Shown piece by piece: positions 29,743 to 39,164 of a DNA stretch of 64,000 nucleotides. The DNA is taken from assembly GCA_019638115.1 (NCBI GenBank), contig JAHBUK010000001.1:416287-480286 (forward strand), written 5' to 3'. Position numbers and translations under genes: made by a program. This DNA comes from Flavobacteriales bacterium. Its GTDB lineage: Bacteria; Bacteroidota; Bacteroidia; Flavobacteriales_F; PHOS-HE28. Under the pieces are notes generated by a model. It saw only the letters and a list, made by a program, of their open reading frames with translations, was not told the DNA's origin and ran no database searches. Numbering within the stretch: the stretch's first letter is position 1; every line of letters starts with the position of its first letter.

Positions 29743-30918
29743 ATGGCCAACATCCTCATCATCGACGACGAAAAAGCGATCCGCTACGCCCTGCGCGAGA
29801 TCCTGGAGCACGAAGGCCACAAAGTGGAAGAGGCCGAGGACGGTGCAATGGGATTGGACAAGGCGAAGAAGGGCAAGTTCGACCTGGTGCTCTGCGACAT
29901 CAAGATGCCCAAGATGGACGGCATTGAAGTGCTGGAGAAACTGCAGGTACACAACGAGGAACTGCCCGTGGTGATGATCAGCGGGCACGGCACCATCGAT
30001 ACGGCCGTGGACGCGCTGAAGAAGGGCGCCTTCGACTTCATCCAGAAACCGCCCGACATCAACCGGATCCTGGTGAGCGTGCGCAACGCGCTGGACCGCG
30101 GCAACCTGGTGCAGGAGACCAAGGTGCTGCGCACGAAGGTGGGCAAGGCCAAGGGCAACGGCGTGCAGATGATCGGTGAGAGCAAGGCTTTGCAGGCCAT
30201 CCGCGAAATGATCGAGAAGGTGGCGCCCAGCGATGCGCGCGTGCTGATCACCGGTGGCAACGGGGCCGGCAAGGAAGGCGTGGCCCGGCTGATGCACGAG
30301 AAAAGCCAACGCGCCCAGGGCCCCTATATCGAGGTGAACTGCGCGGCCATCCCCGGCGAACTGATCGAGAGTGAGCTCTTCGGCCATGTGAAGGGCAGCT
30401 TCACCAGCGCCATCAAGGACCGCAAAGGCAAATTCGAACTGGCCGATGGGGGTACCCTGTTCCTGGACGAGATCGGCGACATGGCGCTGGCCGCCCAGGC
30501 CAAGGTGCTGCGCGCTTTGCAGGAGGGCCGCATCACCCCGGTGGGTGGCGACAAGGACATCCAGGTGAACGTGCGGGTGATCGCCGCCACCAACAAGGAC
30601 CTGCGCAAGGAGATCGAGAAGGGCAACTTCCGCGAGGATCTCTTCCACCGCCTGAGCGTGATCCCCATCCACGTGCCCAGCCTCAGCGAGCGTTTGGAGG
30701 ACATCCCCCTACTGGCCGAGCACTTCATCAACCTGGTCTGCACGGAACAGGGCATTGCCCCGAAGAAGATCTCGGACAAGGCCATCAAGGAGCTGCAAAA
30801 GCTGCCCTGGACCGGCAACGTGCGCGAATTGCGCAACGTGATCGAACGCTTGGTGATCCTAAGCGGCAAGGAAATCGGCGACGGTGAGGTGAAGGCTTAC
30901 GCGGTTCCGCGCGCTTGA
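29743..30918 (+). CDS. Sigma-54-type AAA+ response regulator (NtrC/NtrX family)
   Basis: Receiver IIDDE...CDIKMP; ITGGNGAGKE; ESELFGHVKGSFTSA; FLDEIGD; WTGNVRELRN; no C-terminal HTH seen. Confidence 0.9.
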   Translation: MANILIIDDEKAIRYALREILEHEGHKVEEAEDGAMGLDKAKKGKFDLVLCDIKMPKMDGIEVLEKLQVHNEELPVVMISGHGTIDTAVDALKKGAFDFIQKPPDINRILVSVRNALDRGNLVQETKVLRTKVGKAKGNGVQMIGESKALQAIREMIEKVAPSDARVLITGGNGAGKEGVARLMHEKSQRAQGPYIEVNCAAIPGELIESELFGHVKGSFTSAIKDRKGKFELADGGTLFLDEIGDMALAAQAKVLRALQEGRITPVGGDKDIQVNVRVIAATNKDLRKEIEKGNFREDLFHRLSVIPIHVPSLSERLEDIPLLAEHFINLVCTEQGIAPKKISDKAIKELQKLPWTGNVRELRNVIERLVILSGKEIGDGEVKAYAVPRA

Positions 30919-31101
30919 GCACCCAATTCAGTACCTGCGCTGCTTCCGTTGGTCGATCGGCAAACACCGTTCGCCGGATCCAACCGCCCTGTGTTCGCAG
31001 AGTTCGGCCCCGGGAGGCAACCACCCTCCCACATCGGCGTCTACTTTGGTGGAACCAAAGCCGTACCCCGGTACGGCTGAACGAACATAAAACTGCAAGC
31101 C

Positions 31102-31566
31102 ATGGAACTGTTGAACAGCATTTATCACTGGTTCGTGGGCATCCACGACTTCTTCTACCACCAAATGGGGGTGGCTTTCTACTACATGCTGATGTTCCTG
31201 GCGGTGATCGCTGCCATGGCACAATGGCGCTTGTATGACAAGGCAGGCCAGCCGGGCTGGGCCGCGCTCGTGCCAGTGCTGAACGTGATCGTGTTCCTGC
31301 GTATCGTGGGGCGCCCCGCCAGCGATGCCTGGAAGATGCTGATCCCGATCTACGGTCAGTTGTACTTCATCCCCCTGGTTTGGATCGAGGTGTGCCAGAG
31401 CTTCGGCAAGCGCAGCACCTTGGATTACATCCTGGTGATCGCGCTCAACGGCTTGTACATCCTGAACCTGGCCATGAGCGACGACACCCAGTACATGGGT
31501 CCGGTGCATGGGAACCAGGCACCACCTCCTGCGCGGAAGCTCTCCAGCCAGCCTTCGATGGCATAG
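31102..31566 (+). CDS. DUF5684-like membrane protein
   Basis: WRLYDKAGQPGWAALVP...SFGK motif. Confidence 0.7.
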   Translation: MELLNSIYHWFVGIHDFFYHQMGVAFYYMLMFLAVIAAMAQWRLYDKAGQPGWAALVPVLNVIVFLRIVGRPASDAWKMLIPIYGQLYFIPLVWIEVCQSFGKRSTLDYILVIALNGLYILNLAMSDDTQYMGPVHGNQAPPPARKLSSQPSMA

Positions 31567-31584
31567 AGCCCGCAAAAGCCAACA

Positions 31585-31614
31585 AGAAAGCCGCCTCTTC
31601 CGGGGCGGCTTTCT
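31585..31614. terminator. Bidirectional intrinsic terminator
   Basis: AGAAAGCCGCC / GGCGGCTTTCT stem between convergent genes. Confidence 0.75.
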
Positions 31615-31633
31615 CGTTCTCGGGATTTCTGGA

Positions 31634-34279
31634 TCAGCTCAGCAGCTCCGCCGCCTTCTTCAGTGCGTCGGCCATTCCGCCGGGCTCTTTGCCACCCGCC
31701 GTTGCGAAATCGGGTTGACCGCCGCCGCCACCCTTGATCAATGGTCCAAGCTGCTTGATCAGCTCACCGGCCTTCAGGCCTGAGGCATCCATGAAGGTCT
31801 TACCCAGCGAAACGGCCAACAGCGGTTTGCCATCAAGCACCGACCCGGCGATGAAGCCCAGGTCCGGGTGCTGTTCGCGCAATTGATAGCCCAGGTCCTT
31901 CAGACTTTGGGCATCCAGGTCCAGTCGTTCCACCAGGAATTTCGCGCCTTTGCCGTTGGGCTTGGCGTTCGCTGGCAACGAGGTGGCGAGTCCTTTCACC
32001 TTCTCTTTGGCGAACTTCTCCAACTCCTTACCCATGGATGCGTGTTGCTCCAAGAGCTTCTCCACTGCTTGTACGATGTCCGAAGGGTTCTTAAACAAGG
32101 CGTTGATGGCCTCCAACTTCGCGAGCTTCTCGTTGATCATGCGCTCGGCCTCCACGCTCGTGATGGCCTCGATGCGGCGGATGCCTGCGGCCAGTGCGCT
32201 CTCGCTCACGATGCGGAAGGGGCCGATGACGCCGGTGCGCGGCACGTGCGTTCCTCCGCAGAGCTCCACGCTGGGACCGAACTTCACCACGCGCACATTG
32301 TCGCCGTACTTCTCGCCGAAGAGCGCCATGGCGCCCATGGCTTTGGCCTCCGCGACGGGCACGTTGCGCTTGTCGTCGAAGACGATGTCGTCGGTGATCA
32401 TGGCGTTCACCTCGCGCTCGATGGTGGCCAGCTCCTCGGGGGTCACCTTGGCGAAGTGGCTGATGTCGAAGCGCAGACGGTCGGGTGCCACGAGCGAGCC
32501 CTTCTGTTCCACGTGTGTGCCCAGGTGCTTGCGCAGCACGTGGTGCAGCAAGTGCGTAGCCGTGTGGTTGCGCGCGGTGAGGCCGCGGCGTTGCGTGTTC
32601 ACCTGCGCGGTGAGCGGTTTCTCAACGTCCTTCGGCAGCTCTTTCGTGAAATGCACGATCAGCTGGTTCTCGCGCTTGGTGTCGATCACTTCGACCTGAT
32701 CGGCCCCTTGGATCAGCCAGCCTTGATCGCCCACTTGTCCGCCGCCTTCGGCATAGAATGGCGTGCGATCGAGCACAAGCTGGAACTGGTCGCCGCCCTT
32801 ACCGCTCACCTTGCGGTAGCGCAGGATGCGGGCCTCGGTGCTGAGCTCATCGTAGCCGATGAAGGCGGTCTCGCCCTTGCCCAGTTCCACCCAATCGCCA
32901 GTGGTTACTGCAGTAGCTGCGCGTGAGCGTTCCTTCTGCTTCTGTAGTTCGGCCTCGAAGCCCTTCATATCCACGTCCATCTTCTGCTCACGGGCGATGA
33001 GCTGCGTGAGGTCGATGGGGAAGCCGTAGGTGTCGAAAAGCTCGAAGGCGCGGTCCCCAGCAAGCGTTCCCTTCGATTCTGAGAGCGCTTGTTCGAGACG
33101 CTTGGTGCCTTGCTCCAATGTGCGGAGGAAGGCTTTCTCTTCTTCCTGGATCACGCTTTCGATGAGCTGCTGTTGCTTGCGCAGTTCAGGGAATTGGTCG
33201 CCCATCTCTTTCGCGAGCGTGGGCACCAACGAGAACATGAACGGCTCATTGAAGCCGAGGAAGCTGTAGCCGTAACGCACGGCGCGGCGCAGGATGCGGC
33301 GGATCACGTAGCCTGCGCCGGTGTTGCTGGGCAGCTGTCCATCGGCGATCGCGAAGCTGATGGCGCGCAAGTGGTCGGCGATCACGCGCATGGCCACATC
33401 CGTCATCCACTGGGACTCTTCGCGACTCCGGGTCGAGCCCGGAGTGACAAGCCCGTCGTACGTCTTGCCACTCCGCTTCGCGATGGCCTGGATCAGCGGC
33501 TGGAACACGTCGGTGTCGTAGTTGCTGCGCTTGCCTTGCAGCACCATGCACAGGCGCTCGAAGCCCATGCCGGTGTCCACGTGCTGGGCGGGCAGTTCCA
33601 CGAGCGAGCCGTCGGCCTTGCGCTCGAACTGCATGAACACGTTGTTCCAGATCTCGATCACCTGCGGGTGGTCGTTGTTCACCAGCTCGCGGCCGGGCTT
33701 CTGCGCCTTCTCCTCGGCGGTGCGCACGTCCACGTGGATCTCTGTGCATGGCCCGCAGGGACCGGTGTCGCCCATCTCCCAGAAGTTGTCCTTGCGCGAG
33801 AATGGAAGGATGCGTTCCTCGGGCATGTACTGCAACCAAAGTTGGCGGGTCTCTTCATCGGCGGGCAGGCCGTCCTTCTCGTCGCCGCCGAAGTAGGTGA
33901 CGTAGATGCTCGACGTGTCGATCTTGTACTCATCCACCAACAGCTCCCACGCCCACTGGATCGCTTCCTTCTTGAAGTAATCGCCAAAACTCCAGTTGCC
34001 GAGCATCTCGAACATGGTGTGGTGGTAGGTGTCGATGCCCACCTCCTCCAGGTCGTTGTGCTTGCCGGAAACGCGCAGGCACTTCTGCGTGTCGGCGATG
34101 CGGGTGTGCTTGGCCTCGCGGTTGCCCAGGAAGAGGTCCTTGAACTGGTTCATGCCCGCGTTGGTGAACATGAGCGTGGGGTCGTCCTTGATCACCATGG
34201 GTGCGCTGGGCACGATCTGGTGGCCGCGCTTGGCGAAATGGTCGAGGAACTTCTGGCGGATCTGCTGGGAAGTGAGCAT
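31634..34279 (-). CDS. alaS: Alanine--tRNA ligase
   Basis: DPTLMFTNAGMNQFK, HHTMFEMLGNWSFGDYFK, DTGMGFER, HTATH, ELCGGTH, GGGG. Start at ATG 34279. Confidence 0.98.
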   Translation of the reverse strand: MLTSQQIRQKFLDHFAKRGHQIVPSAPMVIKDDPTLMFTNAGMNQFKDLFLGNREAKHTRIADTQKCLRVSGKHNDLEEVGIDTYHHTMFEMLGNWSFGDYFKKEAIQWAWELLVDEYKIDTSSIYVTYFGGDEKDGLPADEETRQLWLQYMPEERILPFSRKDNFWEMGDTGPCGPCTEIHVDVRTAEEKAQKPGRELVNNDHPQVIEIWNNVFMQFERKADGSLVELPAQHVDTGMGFERLCMVLQGKRSNYDTDVFQPLIQAIAKRSGKTYDGLVTPGSTRSREESQWMTDVAMRVIADHLRAISFAIADGQLPSNTGAGYVIRRILRRAVRYGYSFLGFNEPFMFSLVPTLAKEMGDQFPELRKQQQLIESVIQEEEKAFLRTLEQGTKRLEQALSESKGTLAGDRAFELFDTYGFPIDLTQLIAREQKMDVDMKGFEAELQKQKERSRAATAVTTGDWVELGKGETAFIGYDELSTEARILRYRKVSGKGGDQFQLVLDRTPFYAEGGGQVGDQGWLIQGADQVEVIDTKRENQLIVHFTKELPKDVEKPLTAQVNTQRRGLTARNHTATHLLHHVLRKHLGTHVEQKGSLVAPDRLRFDISHFAKVTPEELATIEREVNAMITDDIVFDDKRNVPVAEAKAMGAMALFGEKYGDNVRVVKFGPSVELCGGTHVPRTGVIGPFRIVSESALAAGIRRIEAITSVEAERMINEKLAKLEAINALFKNPSDIVQAVEKLLEQHASMGKELEKFAKEKVKGLATSLPANAKPNGKGAKFLVERLDLDAQSLKDLGYQLREQHPDLGFIAGSVLDGKPLLAVSLGKTFMDASGLKAGELIKQLGPLIKGGGGGQPDFATAGGKEPGGMADALKKAAELLS
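33424..33448. repeat. In-frame palindromic element inside alaS
   Basis: ACTCCGGG-TCGAG-CCCGGAGT hairpin; translates as VTPGSTRS within an apparent extra loop. Confidence 0.55.
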
Positions 34280-34321
34280 GGCGGGTTGCGGAAAAGCGCC
34301 TGCCTTCCGGCAGACAGGCCG

Positions 34322-34329
34322 CGAAGGTA
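34322..34329 (-). promoter_or_regulatory. -7 promoter element for alaS (TACCTTCG)
   Basis: CGAAGGTA on the + strand about 43 nt upstream of the alaS ATG. Confidence 0.55.
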
Positions 34330-34456
34330 CCGAGCAGCCACCCTCCGTGCCCAACCGGGGCTTCTTTGGGCGATCAACGATCCTTAACGGCCTTGGAGCA
34401 AGGGGGCGGTGCGTTGCGCGGGCATCGCCGCTATCTTCGCCTGCCTGCCACCAGCC

Positions 34457-35428
34457 ATGCCCGAGCACAAGTACCGCTTCAACCCGCAGACGCTCAATTT
34501 CGAGCGGATCCGGCTTTCAGCCTGGCAGCGCACCAAGCGCATCCTGCTGCTGCTGACCCCCGGACTGGTGGTGGGCCTGCTGGGCATCTTCCTGGTCTAC
34601 CAGTTCCTGGACAGCCCCAAGGAGGCCCTTCTCCGGCGGGAGAACAAGCAGCTGCTGTTGCAGTACGAACTGTTGAACAAGCAACTGGCGGAACTGGACC
34701 GGGTGATGCTGGACGTGCGCCGCCGCGACGACAACATCTACCGGGTGATCTTCGAGGCGGACCCGCTCCCGGAGAACATGCGCCAAGCGGGCTCCGGCGG
34801 ATCCAACCGCTACAAGGACCTGCAGGGCTTCGCAAGCAGTGATCTGGTGACCGACACCCGCAAGCGCCTGGACAAGCTTTCACGCCAGCTGGTGGTGCAA
34901 TCCAAGTCCCTGGACGAAGTGGCTTCCATGGTGCTTCGCAAGCAGGAGATGCTGGCCAGCATTCCTTCCATCCAACCCGTGGCCAACAAGGACCTCACCA
35001 GCACGGCCGGTGGCTTCGGGTGGCGCATCCACCCCATCCACAAGATCAGCAAGTTCCACGCGGGCATGGACTTCACGGCCAAGACCGGCACACCCATCTA
35101 CGCCACCGGCGATGGGCGTGTGGTGTTCGCGGAGTACGCCACCAACGGCTACGGCATGCACGTGATCATCGACCACGGATACGACTACCAGACGCTATAC
35201 GCCCACCTGAGCAAGCTGAACGTGAAGCGCGGCCAGAAGGTGAAACGCGGGGATGTGATCGGCCTGATCGGCAACACGGGCCTGAGCGCCGGACCGCACC
35301 TGCACTACGAAGTGCACAAAGGCGGCGAGCCCGTGGACCCCGTGAACTTCTTCTTCAACGACCTGAGCCCGCAGGAATACGTGCAAATGCTGGAGATCTC
35401 GCGGAACGCTGGGCAATCCCTCGATTGA
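34457..35428 (+). CDS. M23 family metallopeptidase
   Basis: HAGMDF, YAHL, GPHLHYEV motifs; N-terminal TM and coiled coil; TATCTTCG box at 34432. Confidence 0.92.
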   Translation: MPEHKYRFNPQTLNFERIRLSAWQRTKRILLLLTPGLVVGLLGIFLVYQFLDSPKEALLRRENKQLLLQYELLNKQLAELDRVMLDVRRRDDNIYRVIFEADPLPENMRQAGSGGSNRYKDLQGFASSDLVTDTRKRLDKLSRQLVVQSKSLDEVASMVLRKQEMLASIPSIQPVANKDLTSTAGGFGWRIHPIHKISKFHAGMDFTAKTGTPIYATGDGRVVFAEYATNGYGMHVIIDHGYDYQTLYAHLSKLNVKRGQKVKRGDVIGLIGNTGLSAGPHLHYEVHKGGEPVDPVNFFFNDLSPQEYVQMLEISRNAGQSLD

Positions 35429-35735
35429 TGTGAAGATGACCAGATGTGGAAATGTGAAGATGGCCCCCAAAGCGGGGATGTGGAGATGACCAGATGTGGA
35501 GATGTGAAAATGGCCCCCAAAGCGGGGATGTGAAGATGACCAGATGTGGAAATGGCCCCAATGTGGAGATGTGAAAATGACCAGATGTGGAGATGGCTCG
35601 ATGTGGAACTGTGGTCATGCCGGGATCCCATTTTCACATCCTCTCATCATCCTCTCATCTTCACATCCTCTCATCTTCACATCCTCACATCCTCACATCT
35701 TCACATCTTCACATCTTCACATCCTCTCATCTTCC
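35427..35735. repeat. Large imperfect inverted repeat built of 8 bp tandem units
   Basis: The left arm has GATGTGAA/GATGTGGA/GATGACCA units arranged as a 50 bp higher-order repeat (35427-35476, 35477-35526, partial third). The right arm has TTCACATC/CTCACATC/CTCTCATC units (35630-35732). Confidence 0.9.
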
Positions 35736-35786
35736 CCCCCCCGATTCCTTCTTTAGTAGCTTGCGCCGGCGTATCCTGATGCCCTG

Positions 35787-36167
35787 ATGCCTTACAAGGA
35801 AAAAACCATCGAAAAGCTCTATTGGACCATCGGCGAGGTGGCTGCCGAGCTTGAGGTGAACACCTCCTTGATCCGCCATTGGGAGAAGGAGATCGGCATG
35901 GTGCGGCCCAAGCGCACGGGTCGCGGTGACCGGCTTTACACCCGCAAGGAGATCGACCTGCTGAAGCGCATCCAGCACTTGGTGAAGGACCAGGGCTTCA
36001 CGTTGCAAGGTGCCCGGGAACAGTTGCGCAAAGGAGCGGCCAACGCAGGCCCCGCAGAGGATGTGCACGCCGAGCTGCGCGAACGCCTGCTGCGGATACG
36101 CACCCAGCTGCTCGAGCTCAGCGTGGGGGCCGAAACGGTTCAGCAGTACGACCCGGTGGAGAGGTAG
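35787..36167 (+). CDS. MerR family transcriptional regulator
   Basis: KLYWTIGEVA...LIRHWEKE...RGDRLYT...GFTLQGA. Confidence 0.88.
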   Translation: MPYKEKTIEKLYWTIGEVAAELEVNTSLIRHWEKEIGMVRPKRTGRGDRLYTRKEIDLLKRIQHLVKDQGFTLQGAREQLRKGAANAGPAEDVHAELRERLLRIRTQLLELSVGAETVQQYDPVER

Positions 36168-37108
36168 TCGGTAATGTATTCCCGTACCCCTTCCTCCAGC
36201 GTGGTGAACGGCTTATCGTAGCCGATGCCCTGCAGCTTGCTCATGTCGGCCTCGGTGTAGTACTGGTACTTGTCGCGGATGTCCGCCGGGGTGTCCACGA
36301 AGGAGATCTGCTCCTCCTTCCCCATGGCCTTGAAGGTGGCGCGCACAAGATCCAGGAAAGTGCGTGCCTTGCCGCTGCCCAGATTGTAGAGCCCGCTATT
36401 CTTGCGGTGTTCCATCAGGAAGAGGCACACGTTGCACACGTCCTTCACATACACGAAGTCGCGCAGCTGCTCCCCATCCTTGTAGTCGGGGTTGTGGCTG
36501 CGGAAGAGCTTCATGCCGCCCGTGGCGCTGATCTGGTTGAAGGCATGGAACACCACGCTGGCCATGCGGCCTTTGTGGTACTCGTTGGGCCCGTAAACGT
36601 TGAAGAACTTGAGGCCGGCCCAGAAGAAGGGTTTCCGCTCCTGTCCGAGCGCCCACTTGTCAAAATCGTTCTTGCTGTCACCGTAGGGGTTGAGCGGCTT
36701 CAACTGGTACGGAAGCGCATCGTCCTTGTCGCTGTAGCCCAGTTCGCCGCCGCCATACGTGGCCGCGCTGGAAGCATAGACCAGCGGGATGCCGTAATTC
36801 ACGCAGGCCTCCCACATGCGCTGGCTGTAGTGCAGGTTCAGCTCGTCGAAGATGGCCTTGTTGAACTCGGTGGTGTCCGTGCGTGCACCCAGGTGGAAGA
36901 TGAACTGCACGAGCTTCTGGTTGGCATCCAACCAGGTGAAGAAGTCCTTGCGGTCCACGCGGGCGGTGAGCGTCTTGCCCGCCAGGTTGGGGGCCTTGTC
37001 CGCGCGGCTGAAGTCATCCACCGCCACGATGTCCTGCCAGCCTTGGCGCAGGAGTTCGCCCACCAAGGCACTGCCGATGAAGCCTGCTGCTCCGGTCACT
37101 ATGATCAT
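36140..37108 (-). CDS. rfaD: ADP-L-glycero-D-manno-heptose 6-epimerase
   Basis: MIIVTGAAGFIGS, YASSAATYG, PLNPYGDSK, FFNVYGPNEYHKGRMASV, RDFVYV. Confidence 0.93.
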   Translation of the reverse strand: MIIVTGAAGFIGSALVGELLRQGWQDIVAVDDFSRADKAPNLAGKTLTARVDRKDFFTWLDANQKLVQFIFHLGARTDTTEFNKAIFDELNLHYSQRMWEACVNYGIPLVYASSAATYGGGELGYSDKDDALPYQLKPLNPYGDSKNDFDKWALGQERKPFFWAGLKFFNVYGPNEYHKGRMASVVFHAFNQISATGGMKLFRSHNPDYKDGEQLRDFVYVKDVCNVCLFLMEHRKNSGLYNLGSGKARTFLDLVRATFKAMGKEEQISFVDTPADIRDKYQYYTEADMSKLQGIGYDKPFTTLEEGVREYITDYLSTGSYC

Positions 37109-37200
37109 GCCCGCGAAGGTACCGGTGAACAAGGCGCCGCTCCAAGGGTTCCATTGCGGTGCGCAGGAACGCGCTTGTGCCCAACCTACCTTTACACCCG

Positions 37201-37620
37201 ATGCCCATTGTACACATCACCCGCCGGGAGCGCTTCTGTGCATCGCACCGGCTGGCCCGTCCGGACTGGAGCGATGCCAAGAACCTGGAGGTCTTCGGCA
37301 AGTGCTCCAACCCCAATGGCCACGGCCACAACTACGTGCTCTGGGTAACGGTGGCCGGTCAGCAGGACCCGGAGACGAGCTTCGTCACCGACCTCAGCCT
37401 GCTGAGCCGCATCATCAAGGAGCACGTGATCGACCAGCTCGACCACAAGAACATCGACCTGGACGTGCCCTTCATGAAAGGCCGATACAGCAGCACGGAG
37501 AATCTGTGCGTGGCCATTTGGGAGCAGCTGCAAGGGCCGGTGAGCGCGCTGGGTGTGCAGTTGAAGACCGTGAAGGTGGAGGAGACCGAGAACAACTATG
37601 CGGAGTATCATGGCGAATAG
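37201..37620 (+). CDS. 6-pyruvoyl-tetrahydropterin synthase family (PTPS/QueD), CX5HGH type
   Basis: FCASHRL...[13 protein letters not shown]...LDHKN...STENL...ETENN. Confidence 0.9.
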   Translation: MPIVHITRRERFCASHRLARPDWSDAKNLEVFGKCSNPNGHGHNYVLWVTVAGQQDPETSFVTDLSLLSRIIKEHVIDQLDHKNIDLDVPFMKGRYSSTENLCVAIWEQLQGPVSALGVQLKTVKVEETENNYAEYHGE

Positions 37621-38239
37621 CGAGCACGAAACCACCGGCGAAGGCTACGAGCGCATCGACCAGTATGATCCCGCCTCGATAGAACGGATCAGCGGGCACT
37701 ACGGCGAGATCCTTTCCGCCATTGGCGAGGACCCTGAACGCGAAGGTCTCAAACGCACTCCGGAGCGCGTCGCCAAAGCCCTGCAATACCTCACCCACGG
37801 CTACGACCTGGATCCGGCAGCCATCCTGCGGAGCGCCATGTTCACCGAGGATTACAGCCAGATGGTGGTGGTGAAGGACATCGAGGTGTACAGCATGTGC
37901 GAGCACCACATGCTGCCCTTCTTCGGCAAGGCACACGTGGCCTACATCCCGAACGGACGCATTGTGGGCCTGAGCAAGATCCCCCGCGTGGTGGACGCTT
38001 ATGCCCGGCGTCTGCAGGTGCAGGAACGCCTCACCAACGAGATCCGCGACTGCATCCAGGAGACCCTGCAACCACTGGGCGTGGCCGTGGTGATGGAATG
38101 CAGCCATCTTTGCATGCAGATGCGGGGGATACAGAAGCAGAACTCGGTGACCACCACTTCGGCGTTCACCGGTATCTTTCTCGACGACCACCGCACCCGC
38201 GAGGAATTCATCAAACTGATCGGCACACGACTACATTGA
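37610..38239 (+). CDS. folE: GTP cyclohydrolase I
   Basis: [50 protein letters not shown]. Confidence 0.97.
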   Translation: MANSEHETTGEGYERIDQYDPASIERISGHYGEILSAIGEDPEREGLKRTPERVAKALQYLTHGYDLDPAAILRSAMFTEDYSQMVVVKDIEVYSMCEHHMLPFFGKAHVAYIPNGRIVGLSKIPRVVDAYARRLQVQERLTNEIRDCIQETLQPLGVAVVMECSHLCMQMRGIQKQNSVTTTSAFTGIFLDDHRTREEFIKLIGTRLH

Positions 38240-38243
38240 GCCT

Positions 38244-38303
38244 TCGTTGTTCGTTGTCCAATGGACACACCGAACAACGCTCACCGAACAACGACCCACG
38301 AAC
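38244..38303. repeat. Short inverted repeat of 7 bp units
   Basis: TCGTTGTTCGTTGT paired with CGAACAACG (x2). Confidence 0.6.
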
Positions 38304-39056
38304 ATGGAAAACCAGAACAGCTTCCCCACCCCACAAAGCGGACAGGTCATTTATGGCCCGGATGCCGATGTCAGCGCCAACATCCGCACCTTCCTGGCCA
38401 GCGTGTTCAGCTACATGACCTTGGCCCTGGTGATCAGCGGCGCCATGGCCTGGTGGTTCGGCACCGACATGGAGAAGATGGCACTGCTCTTCAAGCCCGA
38501 TGGAACGGGCCCGAGCATTGCCGGCTGGATCGTGATGTTCGCCCCGCTGGGCCTGGTGTTCCTCATGGGCGGTCTGGTGGAGAAGCTTAGCGGCCCCGTG
38601 CTGCTGCTCACCTTCATCGCCTTCGCGGCCATCATGGGCGTAAGCTTCAGCTACATCTTCATCATCTACCCGCTCACGGCCATCGCCAACGTGTTCTTCA
38701 TCACGGCCGCGGTGTTCGGCATCATGGCCTTTGCCGGGTACACCACCAAGACCGACCTCACCAAGCTGGGCAGCCTGCTGTTCATCGGCCTCATCGGCAT
38801 CATCCTCGGCTCGCTCGCCAACGCCTTCATCTTCAAGAGCGGCACCATGGACTACATCATCACCATCATCGGTGTGGTGGTGTTCACCGGCCTCACCGCC
38901 TACCACGTACAGCGCCTCAAGACCATGGGCGAGAGCGTGATGAACGGCACGGAAAGCGCCCAGAAGATGGCCTTGATGGGGGCGCTCAGCCTCTACCTGG
39001 CCTTCATCAACCTCTTCCTGATGTTGCTGCGCCTGTTCGGCGGGCGCAGGGATTAG
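38304..39056 (+). CDS. Bax inhibitor-1/YccA family membrane protein
   Basis: About seven TM helices; GYTTKTDLT; ALSLYLAFINLFLMLLRLFG. Confidence 0.92.
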   Translation: MENQNSFPTPQSGQVIYGPDADVSANIRTFLASVFSYMTLALVISGAMAWWFGTDMEKMALLFKPDGTGPSIAGWIVMFAPLGLVFLMGGLVEKLSGPVLLLTFIAFAAIMGVSFSYIFIIYPLTAIANVFFITAAVFGIMAFAGYTTKTDLTKLGSLLFIGLIGIILGSLANAFIFKSGTMDYIITIIGVVVFTGLTAYHVQRLKTMGESVMNGTESAQKMALMGALSLYLAFINLFLMLLRLFGGRRD

Positions 39057-39070
39057 GCGCAATTGAATTA

Positions 39071-39163
39071 GGGTTGTTGAGGAGTTGAGAAGTTGCAAGT
39101 TGGTAGTTGTGCCAACGCCTTCAACTCCTCAACCTCTCAACTCCTCAACCTCTCAACTTCCCC
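39071..39163. repeat. Inverted repeat of 8 bp tandem units
   Basis: GTTGAGGAGTTGAGAAGTTG on the left, (TCAACTCCTCAACCTC)x2 TCAAC on the right; same unit as inside rsgA. Confidence 0.85.
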
Positions 39164-39164
39164 A

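Noticed and set aside
35427-35600. CRISPR array
   Set aside because: The 50 bp units are directly adjacent with no unique spacers, are themselves built of 8 bp units, and no cas genes are present.
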